DNA of 64,000 nt from the NCBI GenBank assembly GCA_028534125.1, contig CM052817.1, positions 44,580,001 to 44,644,000 of the forward strand, in the 5' to 3' direction. Shown one piece after another: positions 40,340 through 52,364 of the stretch; position 1 is the first letter of the stretch; every line of letters begins with the position of its first letter. Under the pieces are notes generated by a model. It worked only from the letters and a program-made list of their open reading frames with translations, was not told the origin of the DNA and did not search any database. The translations under genes and the position numbers were made by a program. The DNA is from Lama glama (Eukaryota).

Positions 40340-40605
40340 GCTGAGTAAGCACTAACGAGAATTAACATTTATAGAGCATTCACTATTGATCGGGTACTGT
40401 GTGAAGCACTATAACAATTATCTCACTTTAATTTTCCTGTCACCCTATAAAGCAACAATTATTTTATCCCCACCTTGCACTGAAGGAAACTGAGGAAACT
40501 CAGAGTGGCTAAGTCACTTGCCCAAAGTCACCCAGCCACATCTGGCAGAGAGAGAATTCAAATTCAGGTCAGTACGGTATCAAACCGATGCTTTTAACTC
40601 TTTAT
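40340..40605 (-). mobile_element. MIR SINE
   Basis: Reads gaaggaaactgagg...cagagtggctaagtcacttgcccaaagtcacccagc. Confidence 0.8.
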
Positions 40606-40734
40606 CATCATTCACCACCTGGATGGAAACCCTATAAAGTGTCACTTAACAAGACAGTTTCAAACTAGGAGCAATCCCTTCAGGGCCCATTCACGTTCTT
40701 TGTTTGCATCCTGTGAGCTCCCCTCCTTTGGCTC

Positions 40735-40915
40735 CCCTACACCGTGGTCCTCAGACCAGCAGCTTCCCCGTCACTCGTAGACGTTAGAAGAGCAAAATCT
40801 CAGCCAGCACCCCAGCACAACTGAATCAGAAACTCTAGAGGTTGGGTCTGCCTATCTGAGCTTTAACAAACCCTCAGGGTATTCTGATGCCACTCAAGAT
40901 TGTGACCGCCTGCTA
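40735..40915. mobile_element. MER5A hAT-Charlie DNA transposon
   Basis: Reads gtggtcctcagaccagcagc...ctgaatcagaaactct...tttaacaaaccctcagggtattctgatgc. Confidence 0.8.
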
Positions 40916-41344
40916 TGGAACATCTAGGGACTTCAACAATGGGTTGACATTAAAGAAAGAATAGACCTAGTAATTTAGGTCTCTGTCTAATAACAGAAAA
41001 CAGAGAGAAAGTGTTTAATTTAGCTGAGACCAAACTCCAATCTTATTTAACTAGAGGGAAAGGTTCCTGGAATTTTTGTGATTTCCTCCAAATCCCCCAA
41101 ATCCCCCGTGACTCCTTGCCTTTTGATCTTGAGAGATAAGAGTCTGCCACCCACCAAGGGAAGCAGAAAAGGAAGAGCTGCCTCTGGGCACAGGTGGAAC
41201 CAGCAGAAGAGGAGCCATACCCCCATCCTCCGTCCACCATCATAACGCCCCTACTTGGGGTGAGGGTGTGGGGGGGGGACACTGGCAAATTGCTGTATCA
41301 GTAAAGCTCCCAAGTCTTTTGAACAGTGTTCTAAAAGTCTCAAA

Positions 41345-41810
41345 CCACTTTTTAATAATATATTTTTCTGGTGATAAAAGTATTTCTGTTAATAATTCTA
41401 AAACTTTAGAAAAATAAGAAAACTATAAAGAAAGTTAAAATCACCATTTCCCTATTCGTCGGGGATAACATTATGAACAATTTGGTATATTTTCTGCCAG
41501 CCTTTTTCTATACATAAGCACTTTTTATGGCATATCTAAATTGATTTCAACAATTTTGTACTATTAAATAATACTGATAAGGTCTTTATATGTAAGTTTT
41601 TTTCTGGATATTAGAATTTTTTTATGATAGATTTCCAAAAGGGGAATTATAAGGTTAAAGACTACAACCTTTTTTGAGGCTTTCATTATTGGCAAACTGA
41701 TTTTAAGTGAATATATATCATTTTACAGTCTCATCGATAGCACATGAAAATAACCGTTTTAGCCCTTCCTCATCAACATTGGACATATTCACATTTTCTC
41801 AACTTTGCTG
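41345..41810 (-). mobile_element. Ancient L1ME-like fragment
   Basis: AT-rich. Contains gatagatttccaaaaggggaattataaggttaaagact and cccttcctcatcaacattgg. Confidence 0.55.
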
Positions 41811-42199
41811 AGAGCAACCTGAATTTTGGCAATATTCGTGTCCCATCGTCTTTCTCTATCTGAGAATTCCAGACCTAAGGGAACCTAAACGATCTGATAG
41901 GAACCAGTTCACTCTTGGATATATTCAAATCTACATGGAAAAATTAGGTAAATGTCCCAAAACTCCCAATGAAGTATTTAAAGAGCCTAAGAAGTACCTG
42001 CTAAATATTCTTACTAACCCATCTACATAGAAATACCCTTACATGCTTTTAATCAGGATTCAAATACGGCATCCTCAGGAGTCAGGCAGGTAAACAAGTT
42101 AGTAAAACAGATCAGAGAAACAAAATGGGCAGCAGTTTGCAGTAAATGTAGACTGCATATACCAGAGGAAAGGCATTCAAATTCATATTTAGAAAATAA

Positions 42200-43850
42200 T
42201 CTATATACACTTGCAATGGGCAATCTGAAAATGAAATTTAAAAAATAATTCCATTTATAATGGCATCAAAAAGAAAATACTTAGTAATAAATTTAACAAA
42301 AGAAGTGCAAAACATATACCCTGAAAACTACAAAACCTTGAAAGAAATTAAAGACCTAAATAAATGGAAGGAAATCCATGTTCATGGATTGGAACACATA
42401 ATATTGTTAAGATGGCAGTATTCCCCAAGTTGACCTGTAGATTCAGTGCAACTCCTATCAAAATCCCATTTCGCTTCTTTGCAGAAACTGACAAGCTGGT
42501 TCTAAAGTTCATATATAAATTAAAGGAATCCAGAATACTCAAAATAATCTTGAAAAAGAAGGACACAGTTGGAGGACTAACACCTTCCAATTCAAAACTT
42601 ACCATTTGGTCATTAAGACAGCATAGTACTGGCAGAAGGACAGGCATAAATAGAATGGAATAGAAATGAGAGTCCAGAAATAAACCCTCACATTTATGGT
42701 CAATTGCTTTTTGACAAGGGCATCAAACAAGGACAGAATAATCGTTTCAACAAATAGTGCTGGGACAACTAGATATCCATGGGTGAAAGAAGAAGTTGGA
42801 CCCTTATCTCATACCATATTCAAAAATTAACTCAAAATATCAAAGACCTAAATATAAGAACTGAAACTATAAAGCTTTTAGAAGAAAATATAGGTGTAAA
42901 TATTCACTATCCTGACTTAAACAATGGTTTCCTGGATACAATAGCAAAAGCATAAGTAATAAAAGAAGAAAAATGATAAATTGAATTGTAACAAAATTTA
43001 AAACTTTTGTGTTTCAAATGACACCATCAAGAAAGTGCAAAGACAATTCTCAGAATGGGAGAACATTTTTATAAGTCATATATCTGATAAGGGATTTGTA
43101 TCTAGAATATATACATGTGTGTGTTTATATATATGAATATGAAATTAATATATATATATATATATAAAGAATTCTTAGAACTCAGTAATAAAAAGACAAC
43201 CTAATGTTTTAAATGGGCAAAGGATTTATATAAACATCTCTCTGAAGAAGACATACAAGTGGCAAATAAGTACAAGGAAAGATGTATAACATTGTTAACT
43301 GTCAGGGAAATGCCAACCAAAACTACAATGACGTATCACTTCATATCCACTAGGATCACTATAATCAAACGATAGATAATAAGAGGAAAGACTGCCGCCA
43401 TGTCCTGCTTGCTGTGTGCTGTCCATGGCAGGGTGTCGCGCCAGGACCTTTGTTTCGGACATGCAAGATACCCTCTGTTGGATAAGCCATCGATGTCTCT
43501 ATTGCTGTCTCTGGGTTCCTTCTTTGGTCTCAAGGCTGGGCAACTACAAGACTTGCAGGGTGTAGGGTGCAGCCCAACATTTCGTATGGAGCTGTTGGTC
43601 CTGCTCGGTTCATAAGGACAAGCAAGACTTAATGCAGCAACTCGGCAAGTGCACCACTTCCTGCTGACATTTCTCACCCACTACCATAAGGGGGAGAAAC
43701 AGCACTTTAAAAGGAGAAGAGGGATTGAAAAAAATTTTAAAAGCAGGTAATAATAAATGTTGGTGAGAATGTGGAGAAATTTGAGCCCTCATACCCTGCT
43801 GGTGGGAATATGAAATGGTGCTGTTTAGAGAACTGTTTTGGTAACCTAAT
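42200..43850 (+). mobile_element. L1 ORF2 C-terminal fragment, interrupted at about 43383-43742
   Basis: ORF 42364-42663 (PCSWIGTHNIVKMAVFPKLTCRFSATPIKIP) matches L1 ORF2. L1 similarity resumes at about 43743 (taataaatgttggtgagaatgtggagaaa). Confidence 0.92.
43383..43579 (+). mobile_element. 3' part (R-U5-like) of an artiodactyl ERV1-type LTR
   Basis: Reads actgccgccatgtcctgc...atgtctctattgctgtctctgggttccttctttggtctcaaggctgggcaa...gggtgcagcccaaca, ending in CA. It resembles artiodactyl ERV1 LTRs as I recall them. Confidence 0.6.
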
Positions 43851-44765
43851 ATAAGGTCAGGTTTTGCATTGTTACTCATACTTGGTGATACGAGCCTATC
43901 TGGAAGCACATTTGGATTTACCTTCATGACATTATTCAAATCTTCCACACCCTTCTCAGTTTTCCTCTGTTGGATCAGATACAGATTAACAGAGGTGACA
44001 AAAATCTTCTCCTTTTATTCTTCCTGAGTGTTGTTGCATAAAGTTATTTTAAAAACTCTATTGTCATTGTAAATGTCAATCTTTTTCACTCTAAATTTCA
44101 TTTTAAACTATATATATTATTTATTCATTAAAAATTTATCTCTGACCCATTTAACACTTCAGTCTTGTCCAGCATTTATAATGCGAATCTAGGCTTCTTT
44201 TGTTAGTATTTATCTTTCTATGCCTTTGCTCATCCTTTTAGTTATTGTGGAGAAGGCAAATTATACAAATATATTATTAAATTATTTTTACAAAAATGAG
44301 GTCTAAATGGGGAAGGGTAGGGAGGGTGGGGAGTCTGAGGGCAGTATTATAAGAAAGCTAAATTTTTATCTTCCATAATAGAAAGTCAATAGATAATATC
44401 TACAATTGGATAAAAATCAAGAAAAAGCCATGTAGGCATGCCATTAAAAATATGATCACAAATATAAAAAGAAATAGTTAAGAGCTGAGTGCTTTCCTCA
44501 GGGAATCGAGAATGAGGTAGGATAGGATTGGGGGAAGAGAGGGTACCAGGAATAACCAAGTTGTTTCAGGATACTGTACTCTACATACCTTTCCTGCCCT
44601 CTAGGATCACTGTTAAGATTTTTGATACTATTCATAGATGACATTTACTGAGAACCTACTACATGCCAGCCTAAGTATTATATAAATATAAAGTGAAGGT
44701 AAAGCCAAGCTCTGGGAAAGGGCTGTAGTACTGGTTCCTAGAGTCAAAGCAGAAGTAGATATCTT

Positions 44766-45182
44766 TTGTATTTTTTTTTAAGTATAGTCAGTTACAATGT
44801 GTCAGTTTCTGGTGTACAGCACAATGTTTGTCATACATATACATACATATATTTGTTTTCATATTCTTTTTCATTATAGGTTACTACAAGATATTGAATA
44901 TAGTTCCCTGTGCTGTAAGGAAGAAACTTGTTGTTTATCTATTTTATATAGTGTTAGTATTTGCAAATCTTGAACTCCCAATTTATCCTTTCCCACCCCC
45001 TTTCCCCGCTGGTAACCATAAATTTGTTTACTATGTCTGTGAGTCTGTTTCTGTTTTGTAGATAAGTTCACTAGTGTCTTCTTTTTTCTTCTTTTCTTTT
45101 CTTTTCCTTTTCTTTTCTTTTTAAGATTCCACATATGAGTGATATCATATGATATTTTTCTTTCTTTTTCTGGCTTACTTCA
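44766..45182 (-). mobile_element. 5'-truncated camelid-type L1 3' UTR with TSD
   Basis: Same family as 9583-10115, in the opposite orientation. An imperfect 15-bp TSD is present: agaagtagatatctt (44751-44765) and agaagtgaacatctt (45183-45197). Confidence 0.92.
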
Positions 45183-45516
45183 AGAAGTGAACATCTTAAA
45201 ACATCCAGAAAAAGCATTTGATGAAATTCAACACCCATTCATACTTTCAAACAAAATCTTAGAAAACTAAGAATGGAACTTCCTTAAACCACCATTAATA
45301 TGCTCAAGAACCTTAATAAGGTGAGCACTAATAGTATTGCCATTTATCAGCTAAGGAATCTTAAGTTCACAAGGCTTGTAAGTGGCAACATACTGCCTGC
45401 CTCCTGGGCAAGGTCTTTCTACCATCAGGTTCACTTTAGATTCACAGGACACAGAAACATGAAGTAGTCCTTAGAGTGAAAAGAAAACTTGTTACTATGC
45501 TTTGTACATTCTCCCA

Positions 45517-45535
45517 TGTCCACCAGAGGGCACTA
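45517..45535 (+). promoter_or_regulatory. Candidate CTCF site
   Basis: TGTCCACCAGAGGGCACTA is a near-consensus CTCF core motif. Confidence 0.6.
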
Positions 45536-46299
45536 GGGCTCATTTAAATTCAACCCCAGTGTTCAAAGAATACAGTAATTGTATAGTATCAAATCGTTTA
45601 AATGTTAGTAAAATTGGAAATTCATAATTGTGTTTTCTACAGGGTCTATTTGCAACCTGAGCCAGAATTGACCAGCTGGGTACCTTTCAGTGATAAAATC
45701 TCATTGCTAATAGAGTCTTCATATAGTTCTCCCCACCCCAACCATCCAGGGATACTCAGGCCATGCTGGGGACAGACTGCATAACCAGCTGATCGGCACC
45801 TCCTCCAAGCAGTCATGTTTTACTGATGCTATTCCAATGTTTTTTCAAGAGAAAGAGAGTGCTGAGGAAGAGTACTCTTCTAGGGAGAATGGATCAGACT
45901 TTGGGTATGGGGGAATACTGGGTATAAAATTTGAAAAAATCATAAATATTAAACTTTATAGATGGAAAATAGCTTATTGTTTCTATGGTACAAATATTAA
46001 ACAAAGATGTGAGTTTTTTTCATGTTTATCAAAAGGAGTTTAATAAATAGAGAAGTCTGGCTCTATCTCATTTAACCCATTTGTGACTGTACAAAATATT
46101 TTATACTATGGAGCATCAAGGATGCTATCTATCTCTCATCTCCTCCTTTCCATGTTTACTGCTACTTCCCTGGTTCAAGTCCTTGTTTGTCCAGTTTATA
46201 TTTGTCAGGTTTTGTGAATGTTGGGGTAGAGCCAAGCTCAGGGAAAGGACTTTAGTATTGAGTTCTAGAGCTGAATCAAAACAGAAGTGGACAACTTAA

Positions 46300-47580
46300 A
46301 AGACTCAGAAGAAGCATTTGATAAAAGCCAGCACACTCTTGGTTTTAAATAAAAGTTTAGGAAACCAGGAATAGAAAAAAAGTTACTTCTTTAAACTAAT
46401 AAACGGTATCTACAAAAAGCCTACTGTAAATACCATACTTCATTGATTTACAAGATTACTAGATACAGAATCAATATACAAAAATCAATCATGTCTATAA
46501 ATTAGCAACAAACATATAGAAAACAATTTTTTAAAAAAACAATACTGTTTATTATAACAAATCAAACACCCAGAAATAAATCTAACAAAATATGTATAAG
46601 ACCTCTACACTGATTACTACAAAATATTATTGGGCAAAACTAAAGAAGACCTAAATAAATGGAGAGCTATACCGTATTCATGGACTGAAAGACTCAATAA
46701 TGCTAAAATGTTAATTTTCCATGAATTAATCTGCAGATTTACCACAATGCTAATCAAAGTTCAAGTACATTTTTTTGTGGAAATTGGCAAGCTGATTTAA
46801 AAATATATATGAAAATACAAAGGACCAAGAATAGCTGAGGCAGTCTTAAAGAAGAACGAAGCTGGAAGACTTCCACTTTCAGATATTAAGACTCATTATA
46901 AAGCTATAACCATCAAGATTGTGTAATACTGGCACAAGGAAGCTGACCAATGGAGCAGAATACTATAGAGTCCAAAAATAAAACTACACATATACAGTCA
47001 CTTGATTTATTAAAAGAGTGACATTGCAGTGAACTAAGGAAGAAGGTTCTGGGTCCGCTGCACAGCCATAGAGAAGAAAAATATCAGGTTTCCAATCTTA
47101 CATCGCACACAAACACCAATTCCAGATAAACTGCAGATCCCAGTGTTAAAGATGAAACCTTTAAGTATTTAAAAGAAAGCAGAGAAAAGTACCCTTATGA
47201 TACTGATGTAGCAAACATATCTTTAAAAATTATAAACAGTGGTAAGCATAAAGAATGCAAATTTATAAATTAGAGTATATTAAAAGACCTCTACACTGGA
47301 CACTTCACTACAGAAGATATCCAAATGACCCCAAAACACATGAAAAGGTATCTAATTTCTGTAGTTCAGAGAAATGCAAATTTAAACTACAGTTAGATAC
47401 CACTATATATCCACTAAAACGGCTAAAATGAAAAGGGCAGAAAATACCAAGAACTGACAAGGATGTGGAACAACAGGAAATCTCATACACCGTTAGTAGG
47501 AATATAATTGGTACAACCACTTTGAAAAACTACCTGGCAGTATTTATTAAAAATGAACATATGATTATCCTATGACACCC
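46300..47580 (+). mobile_element. Old L1 ORF2 fragments (internally deleted)
   Basis: Reads gaagaagcatttgataaaa...aagaagacctaaataaatggagagctataccgtattcatggactgaaagactcaat...ggtacaaccactttgaaaaac. Confidence 0.88.
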
Positions 47581-47939
47581 ACCCCCCAATTCTACTCTTC
47601 ACAAACACAGGGACAGAGTTAAAGGGACCAACAAGGGATGACAGAACTCCCTGGGGTCAGCAACAGCTGTCCAGGGACAAGAAGAGGGAATGGCTTTGGA
47701 AACTGTTAGGAGAAACAAGCAAACGGGAGCTGCAATCTTCAATTGAGGAATGCAGGTCCGGCAAACCTGAGGCTTGCTCTGCAATTTTCCTTCCATTATT
47801 GTAACTGGAAACCAGAGGGCAAAGGAGCTTGTTGATAGAGTCACACAGCTCAGCCACCTGGGGGGCAAAGCAGAGTGAAGGGCAGTGCATGGGTCTGAAG
47901 GAACAGGAGGAGAAAGTTGAGCACACTGTCTAACGTCAA

Positions 47940-48170
47940 GACTGAAGCACAGACTCTGGAATCAGATGACCTGGGTCCAAGTTTTGCTCTGTCATACACC
48001 AGCTGTGAGGACTCTGGGCAATACATTTAACCCCTTTATGCCTCAGTTTCCTCATCTTTAACATGGAAATAATAATAATCTACCTCATAGAGTTGTATAA
48101 CAAGCAATAGAATGAATAAGTGAGAAAAATTCAGCATGTAACAAGTGTTCCAAAAGTGGTAACCACTATT
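47940..48170 (+). mobile_element. MIR SINE
   Basis: Reads gcacagactctggaatcagatgacctggg...gcctcagtttcctcatct...tacctcatagagttg. Confidence 0.85.
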
Positions 48171-48694
48171 ATTTTAAGCTCTCCCTTTATGCATTCTCTG
48201 CTCATTTAAACAGGGAAACTTATTAAATCTAAACATATCCTGTATTGTGTCTATGCTTAAGAAGCTCCTTTCAAGCAGGAATGTTCCCCAATCTCTTTTC
48301 CAGAATCTTCCAAGTCCTTCAAATGCAACTTTGTCCATGAAGGCTTCCCTGAGCTCCTCACCCAGAAGGATCCTCTTCTGTGTATCCAGAGACCCGTGTC
48401 CACTCCTCTCTAGTGGCACTTACCACAGGTCTCAGCAAAATACAGCCCAGTGCACACACGGCTATTCTCATTTCCTTAAAAGCAGGAAACGTACCTTTTC
48501 TTATTTATTTTTGAGCCCAACAAATGTACTTTATATACAAATGTTTGTTACCCTGAATTATATTGAAATTTCAAGTGTACTGAGTGTGGCTTGAAACAAA
48601 TTCACCACTGGTTGACAAAATCCTGTAGTTATACTGAGTATCTGCTGAGATGGTTTTTCTGTGTCATCACTGGCAGCAAAAGGGGATTGATCGA

Positions 48695-48834
48695 GGGGGA
48701 AGGGATAGCTCAGTGGTAGAGTGCCTGCCTAGCATTTACAAGGTTCTGGGTTCAATCCCCAGTACCTCCACTTAAAAAATAAGTAAATAAAAAAACCTAA
48801 TTACCTCCTCCCCTAAAAAAAACAAAAGGCATTC
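48695..48834 (+). mobile_element. Vic-1-like SINE with TSD
   Basis: Reads gggggaagggatagctcagtggtagagtgcctgcctagcatttacaaggttctgggttcaatccccagtacctcc. The TSD aaaagggg(a/g)ttgat(c/t)ga is at about 48678-48694 and 48835-48851. Confidence 0.93.
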
Positions 48835-49751
48835 AAAAGGGGGTTGATTGAGTTGGTCATGATCAGTGTTTCCTAAGCATCCACTCTGTGCCAGGGCTTT
48901 ACGTCTTCGGTCGTGTCATTCTCTCAACCAGCTCACAAGCTCACAAAGTAGGGACAGATGAGGGAAGTAAGTCTCACAGAGATAATGCAATTTTCCCAAG
49001 GCCACCCCACGCAAAGCCTGTGCTATTTCCATGATGCCACGTGGCTTCCCACACACTGACGTCAGGTGTGAAAGGGAATTTCTGGGCTTTACTTCCCTTT
49101 GTACAACGAGGGAGGCTGGGATGTTTGCTTAGATTGCTTCCAGTTCTAAAATGTATGATTTTAAAGAAGCAGCCTCGTCTGCTCATATCATGTGCCTGTG
49201 CTGATTACTGCTGGGGACATTCCTTCCTTCACAAAATCGGTTAGAAAATACAGGTGTTCTTAGTTTCCATCACACAAATGCAAGAGGCAGGTTTGGCGAA
49301 ACTGCCTTCTATGCGACTCAAATTTCCCCTTCTTCAGTTTCATGGGTTACAACAGTGAAGTCAACAAGAATGTAATTTGTGTTTGCATAAAACCAGAACA
49401 CAAAAGAAGAGATCCAGGCATTATTCATTACTCCCATACCGAAAGGGCAAAGTTCAGTTTTGTTAGTTACTCTTATTATTCAGCAAATATGCCTCTCAGC
49501 CACTGGTAATATCCCAGTGCCATATCTCTCTAATGCTCCCACTGCCTCCAGGAGGTAAGCGGAAGCCTAATTACTATTTGGTTAAACTGGAATATATTTG
49601 ATGATTAAGGAGGTAGAATTAAGGTTACATTAATTCAACCATGCAGCTTCTGAACTCTGTGTTTGTAATTCACAAAGGGAGAAAAAAATTCACCAGTCCT
49701 CCTGATATACTGCCTTAAAGAGGAAGAGTTCTCCTTCATCCTCGTCCTTTC

Positions 49752-49880
49752 TACTATCTATGTCTGTCTGTCTGTCTGGTCATCCGTCCATCCATCTACC
49801 CATCCATCCATCCACCCACCCATTCATCCATCCATCCATTTCTGCATCCATCCGTCTGTCTATCTGTCTATCTATCTATC
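49752..49880. repeat. Compound (TCTG)/(TCCA)/(TCTA) tetranucleotide repeat
   Basis: Read directly. Confidence 0.88.
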
Positions 49881-50179
49881 TTCCTTGAGCTGTCTATCCA
49901 TTTGAGCCTCAGTCCAGCTCAAAAAAGACAGGCGTACAGCAGGATGATTGCAATTAAGACAAAGCAGTCACCCTTGTCTGTGGAACTCCCTGGGAACTGG
50001 AAGTGCAAACTCAATCTACAAACATGAAATAAAAACCTGCCCAAAGAAGCAGCCTATCTCTGATCATATAAAATTAGATTGTTCTGTCTCACGATCCAGA
50101 AAAATATATACTGACGTGACTAGAGTCAAGAGAACAAAGTAGAATTCACACAAAGGGAAAAGACTGAAGATTGCCAATC

Positions 50180-50430
50180 ACGCCACTTTGCTCAATATTC
50201 CAGTGGCTCCCAATCTCACTCAGAGGAAAAGCCAAAGTCCTTGAGTTGGCCAAGGGCCCCAGAGTGACCTGGCTGCCCACTACCATGCTCCCTGCTTGCT
50301 CTCTCCAGCTACTCAGGCCTCTTTCCTGATCTTCTAGCATGTCCGGCATGGTGCAGGACCTTTGGAATAGCAGTGCCTCTGCCTTGAATATTCTTTCCTC
50401 AAACATCCCCATGGTCCACTGCCTTATCTC
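50180..50430 (+). mobile_element. L2 fragment
   Basis: Reads ccagtggctcccaatctcactcagaggaaaagccaaagtcc...cctctgccttgaatattctttcctcaaacatccccatgg. Confidence 0.75.
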
Positions 50431-50650
50431 CTTATCTTTCTATTTCTATTTCATTGGGATTTTTTTTTTACTCTGATCTTTATTATTACCTTTTTTCTCC
50501 TTACTTTGAGATAATAGAGTAAAAAAATAGACAAACCTCTCTGGCCAGGCTCACCAAGAAGAAAAGAGAGAGAACACAAATAAACAAAGTAAGAAATGAA
50601 AAGGGAGAAATTACAACCAACGCCACAGAAATACAAAAAATCATGAAATA
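50431..50650. mobile_element. Internal L1 ORF2 fragment with an inverted 5' part
   Basis: The minus strand (50508->50431) encodes KVRRKKVIIKIR..NEIE. The plus strand (about 50520-50645) encodes KIDKPL/ARLTKKKRERTQINKVRNEKGEITTNATEIQKIM. These are nearly adjacent segments of L1 ORF2. Confidence 0.85.
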
Positions 50651-50712
50651 ATAAATTATTGTTTAAGCCACTAAATATGGGAATTATTTGTTACTTAGCA
50701 AAGTTACTGAAA
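50651..50712 (+). mobile_element. MLT1 LTR 3' terminal remnant
   Basis: Reads ataaattattgtttaagccactaaatatgggaattatttgttacttagca. Confidence 0.65.
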
Positions 50713-52364
50713 ACGCAAAGGATCATCATTTCCCTACAAATAAGCTACTTTAAGAAGTTCCAGAAGTTTTAGTTAGCCCAGCATAGTGTTGGGGTTAGGA
50801 GTTGTTAAGGTGTTAGACTAATATGCTGTGCAATCAGAAATCAAACAATGCTAAAATAAGTAAAAACATACTTTGCTCAGGAAGCTGAAATGACTTGTCT
50901 AAGATCGCACAGGAAGTAGGAACAGATCTAGGAATAGAACTGGAGCTTTCCTAACTCTCAGCTCATCACACATTTATTTGCTCTACAAATATTTATTCAG
51001 CACATTCTCTATGTAAGGCGCTACGCCAGGATGTAGAGATGGTCCTTGTCCTTAGAGAGGTTACATTCCATCAGGTGACACAGATCTTAAGCAACGAATT
51101 ACTTAATTTTTTGTTTGCTGAATTACAACTGTGGTAAGAGTCACAAAGCGGAATAGGGTTCTTTGAGAGTATATCACAGGGAAAGGGGGTTCTGAAATAG
51201 CCTGGGGAGAACAGAAAGACAGTTAAGCTACACCCGAAGGACAAGTAAAAATTAACTGAATGAAGAAGGGAATGGAGCATTCCAGGCAGAACTAAAGGCA
51301 TGTATCCTTTTCTACTGCAACAATTGCTTGTCCTATATCATGATGTTCCTTATTTTTGAGTGCCTGCGTCAGCAAGATAATTAGGAGATAAGAAGAGCAA
51401 GGGAAAATACACAGAAAAAAAAAGAGAGGCGAGAGAGAGAGATCAAACAAGAGTGCAATTCTCCTGAATGGGAAATTTAACAGGAAGCCCAACTAGTCCA
51501 AGAGAACGTGGGCATCATGAAAACTGAAAGATGGGAATTATTTAAGCTGCTAACAAATGGTTTGGGTTATAAACCACCAAGAAAACGGGTCTCGCTAGGA
51601 AATCCTGTACCTCCAATAACTTATCTGCACCCAGTGCCTTCATTCAGGACGCCTACTACACAAGGGCTCGGGCATGAGAAGTGATGGCATCTCTAGGGCT
51701 TGGTAGGAACTGTGCATTCAGTGTGAATTTCTGGGGTCACAACCACACCTCAGTGCTGACAACGTCCACGAGAATGGCTCACCCAACTCCCCAACACTGC
51801 AGCGCTTTGACATCTTTCCTCCACACTTCCCCTCCACTTGATTCAGACCCCTGTGCCCGTGGCAGAAATGCTTTAAGTCTCAAATCTTAAATTCTTGCAT
51901 TCTGAACTCTGGACACACCCTCCTAGCTTCCTCTTCTTGCCACGTGTTCTCTGTGTGCATCACACATACTCTTCAGTCTTAACAATATCTTTGGCCCATT
52001 GACACCCCCATTTTCTCCCCAACTATTTGCTCCTTCCTACCTTTAAGTCCTTTCTTATTGTGTCCAGTCCGTTGTCTTCCAATGACATCCATTTGTCAGC
52101 ACCGCAACCATGTGCCACCTGCTTCTGTTTTTGTATCTAGGCTGCTGAGTGCTGAAGAAAATGACCACAATATAGACCAGTGCCACAAAAATATCACAGT
52201 CGCTCCCCTAAGTTAGCAATCAGTGCTGCTCCTGTTCCCACATTAGCCACACGCTCCCCCATCCACGTTCACCCATCTTCTCACCACCATGTCTGCTATG
52301 TCTCCCACATCACAGAAAATGAGAACCCACAACACCAGAACCACAGCAGCTTCCTGCTCCTCTA

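Noticed and set aside
42348..42663. 99-aa ORFs on both strands
   Set aside because: Remnant of L1 ORF2 and its antisense, disrupted on both sides.
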